From an uncultured Eubacteriales bacterium (lineage in GTDB: Bacteria > Bacillota > Clostridia > Oscillospirales > CAG-272): a stretch of DNA of 64,000 bases. Both the position numbers and the translations under genes were made by a program. The notes below the pieces were generated by a model. The model saw nothing but the letters and a program-made list of their open reading frames with translations. It made no database searches and was not told the origin of the DNA. The stretch covers positions 72,587 through 136,586 of the forward strand of contig CAKSDZ010000003.1 of the NCBI GenBank assembly GCA_934446365.1, given 5' to 3'. Positions 56,494-64,000 of the stretch are shown piece after piece; position 1 is the first letter of the stretch; each line of letters starts with the position of its first letter.

Positions 56494-57354
56494 TTAAGCC
56501 TCGTCGGTGCGGTTCCATTCCTCCATGAGGTCGGCTACCGAACGGTATCGGTCGCGCTTTTCCGTGCTTACCGCTTTCCCTGCGATTTGAAAAAGGGCTT
56601 CCGAGCCCGTCCATGCGGCGCGCGACCGTGTGACGGGGTCGCCGAGACAGTAAAACATCATGGCGCCCGCACGGTATACATTGGTCGCCTCGTCGAGGAC
56701 GGCGCCTTTCGTGTATTCCTCCGGCGCGCGGAATTTGTCGTCTCCCCACATGAGTCCGCGCGTGTTGACGTGCGGGATTTTTTCAAAAAAGTCGATGTCG
56801 CAGATGTGAGGGATGCCGGCGTCGAAGTCATAGAGGATGCTCCCGTCGTAGAAATCGATGGCAGCGTATCCGTGCGCCGCGGCTGCCAGCAGAAAATCCA
56901 GCATGATGCGCAGCGTCCGCATGCGGTCGGAGGCGGGAAGCGCACGAAACTTCGCGGCGGGCGAAAGAACCGCCGGATTTGCCCGATACGTCTCAAAATT
57001 CCAGTGATCATAGAGACATTCGCCGTTTTCCCACTGAAATACGGCAATAAAGAGGGAATCCGTCTCATAAGCATCCGTAAGGCGGATCAGGTTCGGATGG
57101 GAAAGCTCCTCATACAGCGGGATGGCTTTCCGCAGCGCCTTTACGGCATCGGCGGGGTTTCCGGTGTAATTCACGGTGGGAAGTCCCGCGATTTTGACAA
57201 AGCGGCGGACGGCGCCGTCGTCCATGCCGAAGCCGATATTGCCGGATATATTCCGGTCAAACGCGCAGAACGGCTTTCCGTAGCGTTCCAAAAAGGAGAG
57301 GTCGCGGTATTTGCCGAGCGAGAACGGGACGCCGCCCATTTTGTATGAATACAT
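56494..57354 (-). CDS. protein kinase-like domain protein
   Basis: VKIAG (Lys), HGYAAIDFYDGSILYD (catalytic-loop-like), ICDIDFF (DFG-like) and RAPEE (APE). Confidence 0.55.
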   Translation of the reverse strand: MYSYKMGGVPFSLGKYRDLSFLERYGKPFCAFDRNISGNIGFGMDDGAVRRFVKIAGLPTVNYTGNPADAVKALRKAIPLYEELSHPNLIRLTDAYETDSLFIAVFQWENGECLYDHWNFETYRANPAVLSPAAKFRALPASDRMRTLRIMLDFLLAAAAHGYAAIDFYDGSILYDFDAGIPHICDIDFFEKIPHVNTRGLMWGDDKFRAPEEYTKGAVLDEATNVYRAGAMMFYCLGDPVTRSRAAWTGSEALFQIAGKAVSTEKRDRYRSVADLMEEWNRTDEA

Positions 57355-57724
57355 ATTGACGGCTCCCCACCTTTCCGGACATTTTCTTCCGCGTGTCCTT
57401 GTCCGAATATTATAGCATAAGTTCCGGGAATTTGGTAGCTTTTTTCGGATTTTCTTTTTTATGGCTACGCCGGAAGCGCAGCCGTGATGCCGGAAGCGCG
57501 CGGCACGCCTCTTTATTTTTCCACATAAAAAAGGAAAAAAATATGATTCCTTGTAAAAAACAGGAAAGTTCCGGAAAATCGGTCTTTTGGATTTGACAAA
57601 GAAAATCCTTTCTTGTAAAATTATATAAAAATCAACGGTTTTTTCGGTTGATTTTGACCCTTTTCAGGGCTTCAAAAAATATGATAAAATCGGAAAATCC
57701 GAAAGGAACAAGGAGACAAGAAAA

Positions 57725-58960
57725 ATGAAATCATTGGTAAGACTGATTGCTTTGGTGCTTGCTGCCGCTATGGTGCTGATGTTTGCGGCATGTGGAAAGG
57801 ACGATGTTCCTGCCGATACGACGGGTTCTGCAAAGCCGGAGGAAACGACGGGCTCCGCCAAGCCGGAGGAAACGACGGGCAGCGGAACGAATCCGGAGGA
57901 AAATTACGACGGCAGGCTCGTTTTCGATCATGCGATGGAGCTGCGGTATGCAAAAGCGTTTTCTGTCGATTATTATAAGGGCGGTTACAAAATGATCACC
58001 GTGACGAAGGGAAGCATGGACGGCAGCGATCTGAAAATGCTCGTCGTGCCGGAGGGCATGAGCGTTCCTGCGGGACTTGAAAGCGACATTTATGTTTTGC
58101 AGCAGCCGGTGACGAATATTCTCGTTTCTTCCACACCGACAACCTCGCTTTTCCATGCGATCGGTACGCTGGACGCGATTTCTCTGACCACCTATGATGT
58201 CGGCAGCTGGTATATTGAGGACGTCAAAGCCCTTATGAATGAAGGCAAGATGACCTATATCGGCGACTACAAGACGCCGGATTATGAGAAAATCGTCACC
58301 GCCGGTACGACGTTCGCGATTTTTTCCACAATGCTGACCGAGGACGTTGCGGCGCAGCTGGATACGCTCGGCGTCAAGGTGATGCTCGATCAGGCGGCCT
58401 CCGAGGACCATCCGCTGGCCAGAGTCGAGTGGGCCAAGCTCTACGGCGCGATCTTCAATAAAGAGGAAGAAGCCGAGGCACATTTCAACGCGCAGTCGAA
58501 TTATGTGGATGAGATTGCAAAGAGAGAAGCGACCGGCAAGAGCGTCGCGATTTTCTACATCACCTCCAAGGGCGTTCTGTATGCGCGTAATTCCGACGAC
58601 TATATGGCCAAGATGGTGGCGCTTGCCGGCGGCGAATATGTGCTGGACGGCAAAATCGGCGTGGGACAGACGGGAACTGCAAAAATGGAGATGGAGGCCT
58701 TCTATGACGGCGCGAAGGATGCGGATTATATCATTTACGTCTGGACGCTCGGCGGCAAGCCCGAGACGCTTTCCGCTCTTCTCGAACGCGGCGATTTCCT
58801 CGCGGATATGAAAGCGGTCAAGGAGGGGAATGTTTGGTGTACGACGCCCGACTTCTTCCAGATTTCGAGCACGCTCGGCAATATGATAAACGATATCAAT
58901 CTGATGCTGAACGCCGACGATACCGCCGATGAATTTACCTATCTTTTCAAGCTGAAATAA
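57725..58960 (+). CDS. ABC transporter substrate-binding lipoprotein (metal-chelate/cobalamin-siderophore class)
   Basis: Lipobox FAAC, duplicated TTGSAKPEE linker, periplasmic-binding-protein-type body. A TTGACA-17-TAAAAT promoter lies at 57594-57622. Confidence 0.8.
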   Translation: MKSLVRLIALVLAAAMVLMFAACGKDDVPADTTGSAKPEETTGSAKPEETTGSGTNPEENYDGRLVFDHAMELRYAKAFSVDYYKGGYKMITVTKGSMDGSDLKMLVVPEGMSVPAGLESDIYVLQQPVTNILVSSTPTTSLFHAIGTLDAISLTTYDVGSWYIEDVKALMNEGKMTYIGDYKTPDYEKIVTAGTTFAIFSTMLTEDVAAQLDTLGVKVMLDQAASEDHPLARVEWAKLYGAIFNKEEEAEAHFNAQSNYVDEIAKREATGKSVAIFYITSKGVLYARNSDDYMAKMVALAGGEYVLDGKIGVGQTGTAKMEMEAFYDGAKDADYIIYVWTLGGKPETLSALLERGDFLADMKAVKEGNVWCTTPDFFQISSTLGNMINDINLMLNADDTADEFTYLFKLK

Positions 58961-58961
58961 T

Positions 58962-59984
58962 ATGAAGCAAAAGCATAGGGATATCCTCCGATATCAGATC
59001 GTTTTCCTGATTCTCATTGCGCTTTTTATAGCTGCGCTGATTCTGAATATCAACACGGGGAGCGTCAGGCTCTCCGTGGAGAGGATTTTTAAAATTATTT
59101 TTATGCGGGATTCTACGGATTCCGCATATCCTATTATATGGAAAATTCGGTTGCCGCGGCTTTTGACCGCGGCTGTTCTCGGCGGCGCGCTCTCCCTTTC
59201 CGGCTTCCTTTTGCAAACATTTTTCCGCAATCCGATTGCCGGCCCGTTTGTGCTCGGCATTTCCTCCGGTGCGAAAATGCTGCTCGCGGTCGTGACCATT
59301 GCGCTTTCCGGCATGATGACGCAGGTTCCGGTTTCGCTGACCGTTGCCGCCGCGTTTATCGGCTCTATGCTGTCCATGCTGCTTGTTCTGGTTTTTGCGA
59401 GGAAAATCAAAAGCATGTCCTCGCTGCTGGTCATCGGCATCATGATCAGCAATATCTGCTCGGCGGTGACGGATTTTCTGATCAATTTCGCCAAGGAAGC
59501 GGATATCGTCAATCTGACCTACTGGTCGATGGGAACTTTTTCGGGAAAATCGTGGAATGACTTGAAGATTTCGTCGATCATTGTTATAATAACCTTAATC
59601 GTAACATTTTTCATGTCAAAGCCGATCGGTGCATATCAGCTCGGCGAGGGCTATGCGAAGAGCATGGGCATCGATATCAAGGCTTTCCGTGTCGTGCTGA
59701 TTGTCCTTTCCAGCTTGCTGTCCGCCTGCGTGACGGCGTTTGCGGGTCCCATCGCCTTTGTCGGCATTGCGGTGCCGCATATCGCGAAGCTGATGTTCGG
59801 GACGGCCAAGCCGATCGTGATGATTCCCGGCGTATTTCTGACGGGCGCGATCTTCTGTATGTTCTGCGACCTTGTCGCGCGCACCGTCTTTTCTCCGACG
59901 GAGCTTACGCTTGGAACGGTGACTGCGGCGGTCGGCGCGCCTGTCGTGATTTGGCTGATGCTGAAACGCAAAAGCGAGGTGTGA
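58962..59984 (+). CDS. FecCD/BtuC family ABC transporter permease
   Basis: RLPRLLTAAVLGGALSLSGFLLQTFFRNPIA.. and the characteristic 9-10 TM spans. Confidence 0.9.
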   Translation: MKQKHRDILRYQIVFLILIALFIAALILNINTGSVRLSVERIFKIIFMRDSTDSAYPIIWKIRLPRLLTAAVLGGALSLSGFLLQTFFRNPIAGPFVLGISSGAKMLLAVVTIALSGMMTQVPVSLTVAAAFIGSMLSMLLVLVFARKIKSMSSLLVIGIMISNICSAVTDFLINFAKEADIVNLTYWSMGTFSGKSWNDLKISSIIVIITLIVTFFMSKPIGAYQLGEGYAKSMGIDIKAFRVVLIVLSSLLSACVTAFAGPIAFVGIAVPHIAKLMFGTAKPIVMIPGVFLTGAIFCMFCDLVARTVFSPTELTLGTVTAAVGAPVVIWLMLKRKSEV

Positions 59985-59986
59985 GC

Positions 59987-61135
59987 GTGGGATATTATTT
60001 TAAAACGGAAAAGCTCACCGTCGGCTATGACGGCAAACCGCTCATTTCCGACATCGATATCGGCATCGAAAAGGGCGAGATTCTCACGCTGATCGGTCCC
60101 AACGGTTCGGGCAAATCGACGATTCTCAAAAGCATCACAAGGCATCTGGAATCCATTTCCGGTGTCGTTTCCATCGACGGGGCGGACATGCGGCGCATGT
60201 CCGGGCGCGACGTGGCGACAAGGCTTTCCGTGGTGCTCACGGAGCGCATCAATCCGGAGCTTATGAGCTGTGGGGATATCGTCGCCACCGGCCGTTATCC
60301 TTATACAAGTCATTTTGGGCTTTTGACCGCGAAAGACCGCGAAATCGTGCGGGATTCCTTAGAAAAGGTTCACGCGACCGAGCTTTACGACCGGGATTTC
60401 CGGGAAATCAGCGACGGACAGCGCCAGCGCGTCATGCTTGCCCGCGCCATCTGTCAGGAGCCGGAGATTATCGTGCTCGACGAGCCGACCTCGTTTCTCG
60501 ATATCCGCCATAAAATCGAGCTTTTGAATATCCTTTCGGAGATGGCGAAGGAGCGGGGCATCACGGTGATTATGTCCCTGCATGAGATCGATCTCGCTTA
60601 TAAGATATCGGACAAGATTATTTGTGTCGCCGGAGATAAAATCAGCGATTTCGGCACGCCGGACGAGATTTTTACCGAGGAGCGCATCGCCCGTCTTTAC
60701 GGGATCGAAAACGGCTCCTACGATACGCTGTTCGGCAGCGTGGAGCTGCAAAGACCGGCGGGGGATCCGCGCGTTTTCGTCATCGGAGGCGCGGGCTCCG
60801 GCATCCCGTTTTACCGGATGCTGCAACGGTGCGGCATCCCGTTTGCCGCCGGCATTTTATATGAGAACGACGTGGATTTCCGCGTGGCGCGCGCACTTGC
60901 GGCGTCGGTCGTGTCGGCGCGTGCGTTCGAGCCGGTGGATGCGGAGACGCAGGCACGCGCCGCAGGACTGCTTGATCAGGCGGCATATGCCGTGGACTGC
61001 GGCTTTCCGCGCGGCGCCTATAACCGCTGCAACGAAGCGCTGCTTTCCCGTGCCGAAGCGCAGGGAAAGCCGATTCTGCGCTCGGCGGAGGAAATACGGG
61101 CGGCCTTTGGCTCCGGAGGGAACGCCGGTCAATAG
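59987..61135 (+). CDS. ABC transporter ATP-binding protein with ~125-aa C-terminal extension
   Basis: Walker A GPNGSGKST, signature ISDGQRQR, Walker B IVLDEPTSFLD. GTG 59987 or 59981 is the start. The extra C-terminal domain has a VFVIGGAGSG motif. Confidence 0.8.
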   Translation: MGYYFKTEKLTVGYDGKPLISDIDIGIEKGEILTLIGPNGSGKSTILKSITRHLESISGVVSIDGADMRRMSGRDVATRLSVVLTERINPELMSCGDIVATGRYPYTSHFGLLTAKDREIVRDSLEKVHATELYDRDFREISDGQRQRVMLARAICQEPEIIVLDEPTSFLDIRHKIELLNILSEMAKERGITVIMSLHEIDLAYKISDKIICVAGDKISDFGTPDEIFTEERIARLYGIENGSYDTLFGSVELQRPAGDPRVFVIGGAGSGIPFYRMLQRCGIPFAAGILYENDVDFRVARALAASVVSARAFEPVDAETQARAAGLLDQAAYAVDCGFPRGAYNRCNEALLSRAEAQGKPILRSAEEIRAAFGSGGNAGQ

Positions 61136-61180
61136 CGTGCCGGTGCAAACGAAAATCCATTTGCAAAAAATGAGGGAAGT

Positions 61181-62569
61181 ATGGAGCGAATCTGCAAAAA
61201 CATACCGAGGATTCTTGTCGCCGGCACGGCGAGCGGCTGCGGCAAAACGACCGCCGTCTGCGCGATTCTGACGCTTTTGAAGCGGCGGGGACTGCGGCCG
61301 GTGTCGCTCAAATGCGGACCGGATTATATCGACCCGATGTTTCATAAAACCGTGACCGAAACGGACAGCGCAAACCTCGATCCGTTTTTTTTCGACGACG
61401 ACACGCTGAACGCTCTCCTTGCGGAGAATGCAGGGGGACACGATATCGCCGTCATCGAGGGCGTGATGGGCTTTTACGACGGCGCCGGCATGGACGGCAC
61501 GGAGAACAGCACCTATTCCGTGGCGCGTCGGACAAAAAGCCCCGTGATTCTCGTCATGGACGGCCGAGGCGCGTCGGTATCCGTTTTGGCGGCGCTTTCC
61601 GGCTTTCTGGATTTTATGCCGGAGAATGGGATTGCGGGCGTCCTTTTGAGCCGTGTGACCTCCGGCACTTACGGAATGCTCCGCCGTCTTGCCGGGCAGC
61701 GGTTCGGGGCTCGGATTCGGATGCTCGGCTATCTTCCGAAGCTGCCGGAGGCGCTTGCGCTCGGCAGCCGTCATTTGGGGCTTATCACCGCCGATGAAGT
61801 CGTCGGCTTGCGGGAAAAGTTAAATCGGACGGCGGATATCCTGTCGGAAACCGTCGATATCGACGCGCTTTTGGCGCTTGCGAATGGAGCGCCGCCGATT
61901 TCGTTTCTTCCGCCGGCGTTTCTGCTCGAAAAGCCGCCGCTTCCGTCCGTGCGCATCGCGGTGGCGAGGGATCAGGTGTTTTGCTTTTATTATGCGGATA
62001 ATTTCCGCCTTTTGGAAAGGCTCGGCGCGGAGCTTGTCTTTTTCAGTCCTCTTGCGGATTCCTCGCTTCCGGCAGGCTGCGCGGGGCTTTATCTCGGCGG
62101 CGGCTATCCGGAGCTGTATAAAGAGAAGCTGTCGGAGAATACCGGCATGCGCGCGTCCATATCGGCGGCGCTTGCGGACGGGATGCCGTGCGTCGCGGAG
62201 TGCGGCGGCTTTCTGTATCTCGGTGCGCGGCTCGACGGTGTTCCGATGGTCGGTGCGCTTGCTTCGGACGGGGCGAACACGGGACATCTTGTCCGGTTCG
62301 GCTACATCACGCTGACCGCAAAACGGGACGGGCTTCTGCTGAAAGAAGGCGAAAATGTCCGCGCGCACGAATTTCACTATTACGACAGCACGGCGTGCGG
62401 CGACGGCTTCCGCGCGGAAAAGCAAAGCGGCGCCGCATGGGACTGCGTCGTGACGGGGGACACTCTCCACGCCGGATATTCCCACATTCATTTTTGGTCG
62501 AATCCCGAGACGGCGGCAAACTTTATCGCTGCCTGCAAAAAATACGGAGAAAACAGGAAAAGAGAATAA
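61181..62569 (+). CDS. cbiA: cobyrinate a,c-diamide synthase
   Basis: P-loop AGTASGCGKTT and C-terminal glutamine amidotransferase domain (AECGGFLYLG). Confidence 0.9.
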   Translation: MERICKNIPRILVAGTASGCGKTTAVCAILTLLKRRGLRPVSLKCGPDYIDPMFHKTVTETDSANLDPFFFDDDTLNALLAENAGGHDIAVIEGVMGFYDGAGMDGTENSTYSVARRTKSPVILVMDGRGASVSVLAALSGFLDFMPENGIAGVLLSRVTSGTYGMLRRLAGQRFGARIRMLGYLPKLPEALALGSRHLGLITADEVVGLREKLNRTADILSETVDIDALLALANGAPPISFLPPAFLLEKPPLPSVRIAVARDQVFCFYYADNFRLLERLGAELVFFSPLADSSLPAGCAGLYLGGGYPELYKEKLSENTGMRASISAALADGMPCVAECGGFLYLGARLDGVPMVGALASDGANTGHLVRFGYITLTAKRDGLLLKEGENVRAHEFHYYDSTACGDGFRAEKQSGAAWDCVVTGDTLHAGYSHIHFWSNPETAANFIAACKKYGENRKRE

Positions 62570-62573
62570 GATT

Positions 62574-63191
62574 ATGATTTTGCACGATCCGAAGGAAATT
62601 GAAAAGAGAAGCTTTGAAATCATCGCGTCCGAGCTTGCTGTGAGCATACCGGCGGAGAACGAGCTTGTCGTCAAGCGCGTCATTCATGCGACCGCCGATT
62701 TTGACTTTGCGGAGAATCTCTGCTTTTCCGAGCATGCCGTGGAAAAAGCGCTCGCGGCGCTGCGCGGCGGGTGTGACATCGTCACCGACACGCAGATGGC
62801 GAGGTCGGGAATCAACAAAAAAATTCTCGCCGAGCTTGGCGGCGAGGTACACTGCTTCATGAGCGATGAGGATGTGGCGGCGGAGGCCGTCCGGCGCGGG
62901 ACGACGCGTGCCGAGATTTCCATGGAAAAGGCGGCAAAGCTTGCAAAACCGTGCATTTTCGCCATCGGGAACGCGCCGACGGCGCTGCTTGCGATCCATG
63001 ACCTTGTCACGGCGGGGAAGCTTTCTTGCGCGCTTGTTATCGGCGCGCCGGTCGGCTTTGTCAACATCATCGAATCCAAAGAGAAAATCATGACGCTGGA
63101 TATCCCGTATATCGTCGCGCGCGGCAGAAAGGGCGGCAGCGGCGTTGCGGCGGCGATCTGCAACGCGCTGATTTATCAGATCAAGCGATGA
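62574..63191 (+). CDS. cbiC: cobalt-precorrin-8 methylmutase
   Basis: RVIHATADF.., FAIGNAPTAL and GAPVGFV motifs. Confidence 0.9.
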   Translation: MILHDPKEIEKRSFEIIASELAVSIPAENELVVKRVIHATADFDFAENLCFSEHAVEKALAALRGGCDIVTDTQMARSGINKKILAELGGEVHCFMSDEDVAAEAVRRGTTRAEISMEKAAKLAKPCIFAIGNAPTALLAIHDLVTAGKLSCALVIGAPVGFVNIIESKEKIMTLDIPYIVARGRKGGSGVAAAICNALIYQIKR

Positions 63192-64000
63192 ACGACGGCT
63201 TTATCACAAAGGACGGAAAAAGGCTGCGCTGCGGATATACGACCGGCTCCTCGGCCGCGGCTGCATCAAAGGCCGCGGCTTTGATGCTTTTTTCCGGTAA
63301 ACGGGTGGACAGCGTATATCTCCTGACGCCGAAGGGCGTGGGACTGACGCTTTCCGTGGAGGAAATCGAATTCGGCGCGGGGTTTGTGAGCTGTGCCGTG
63401 AAAAAGGACAGCGGCGACGACCCGGACGTGACAAACGGCATTCGGATTTATGCGAAGGTGTCGCGCTTTCCGGCGGATGCGCCCGAGGTGCGAATCGACG
63501 GCGGCAAGGGGATCGGCAGGGTGACAAAGCCGGGGCTTGACCAGCCGCCCGGCGAGGCTGCCGTCAACAGTGTCCCGCGCACGATGATACGGCGGGAAAT
63601 GCTCGACGTGATGGCGGAATACGGCTATACGGGCGGACTTTCCGTTATTCTGTCCGCGCCGGGCGGGGAGGAGATTGCCGCGCGCACCTTCAATCCTAAA
63701 CTCGGCATCGTGGGCGGCATCTCCATTCTCGGAACGACCGGAATCGTCGAGCCGATGAGCGACGCCGCGGTCGTCGATACCATCCGGATCGAAATGAATA
63801 TGCGGCGCGCGGCGGGGAAGCGGTATCTGCTCCTCACGCCAGGAAATTATGGGGCGGATTTTATATCCGGTACGATGGGAATGAACGCGGAGCGCGCCGT
63901 GAAATGCTCCAATTTCATCGGAGATTCCCTTGAATATGCGGCGGAGATGGGCTTTTTCGGGATTCTGCTCGTCGGGCATATCGGCAAGCTTGTCAAGCTT
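63188..64000 (+). CDS. cbiD: cobalt-precorrin-5B (C1)-methyltransferase, 5-prime partial (runs off right edge)
   Basis: ATGA overlap with the cbiC stop. My translation reads MNDGF..LRCGYTTGSSAAAASKAA.., DDPDVTNG and NPKLGIVGGISILGTTGIVEPMS. Not in the ORF track because no stop falls within the window. Confidence 0.85.
   Translation, partial: MNDGFITKDGKRLRCGYTTGSSAAAASKAAALMLFSGKRVDSVYLLTPKGVGLTLSVEEIEFGAGFVSCAVKKDSGDDPDVTNGIRIYAKVSRFPADAPEVRIDGGKGIGRVTKPGLDQPPGEAAVNSVPRTMIRREMLDVMAEYGYTGGLSVILSAPGGEEIAARTFNPKLGIVGGISILGTTGIVEPMSDAAVVDTIRIEMNMRRAAGKRYLLLTPGNYGADFISGTMGMNAERAVKCSNFIGDSLEYAAEMGFFGILLVGHIGKLVKL

Noticed and set aside
57361-57724. Expected cobalamin riboswitch upstream of the chelate ABC importer and cbi genes.
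   Set aside because: No B12-box-like sequence or extended conserved core was visible by eye, only a promoter and a small hairpin. This needs a covariance search to be certain.
57818-57871. Tandem 27-bp duplication encoding TTGSAKPEE twice in the SBP linker, plus similar T/P/E-rich linkers in the lipoproteins at 19792 and 20472.
   Set aside because: Low-complexity linkers after the lipobox are common in Gram-positive lipoproteins. The three differences between the units are all synonymous, but this is too little to build on.

Overview
High-GC (~57-60%) Firmicutes/Clostridia-like chromosome segment, probably a gut Oscillospiraceae/Ruminococcaceae-type anaerobe. That guess rests on gene content: DHHW/MBOAT pair, DUF4358-like lipoproteins, SLH protein, anaerobic cbi genes. 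All calls come from reading the ORF translations and the DNA by eye; no database search was run. Housekeeping content includes a YfhO-family membrane protein, a B12-radical SAM protein, RqcH, and a minus-strand block (radical SAM, TatD, MetG, NagA, RsmI, two RNA methyltransferases). There is also a CDF transporter, a metNIQ operon extended by an FAD oxidase and an aminotransferase, an ABC-2 exporter, and a metal-chelate-type ABC importer followed by cbiA-cbiC-cbiD. Accessory content worth a second look: (1) Two orphan type IV pilin-like genes, one of them 673 aa. (2) Directly downstream, a compact phage head/DNA-packaging operon (small Zn-ribbon protein, TerS, TerL, portal, scaffold, capsid, two more structural ORFs). 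It has a LexA-box-like operator at its promoter and a strong terminator, but no integrase, tail, lysis or replication genes. (3) Immediately after that, an exact 86-bp-period tandem array (six copies) carrying an invariant 9-bp-stem palindrome; it is not a CRISPR. (4) A promoter plus structured-RNA unit present twice (7358-7497 and 41224-41343) with a sequence-divergent but structure-preserving central hairpin. (5) A low-GC island (about 45.0-50.4 kb) of secreted ricin-lectin/peptidase fusion proteins and lipoproteins. Within it, a ~360-bp segment (3-prime end of a Cys-rich gene, terminator, promoter, RBS and first codons) is duplicated around a cassette, and the second lectin gene has an in-frame TAA in its signal peptide. 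(6) An ECF sigma/anti-sigma pair followed by two lipoproteins, MBOAT and DHHW (envelope acylation cluster). No rRNA, tRNA, transposase, integrase or cas genes were seen. Many long ORFs antisense to well-supported genes are GC-driven shadows and were not called.
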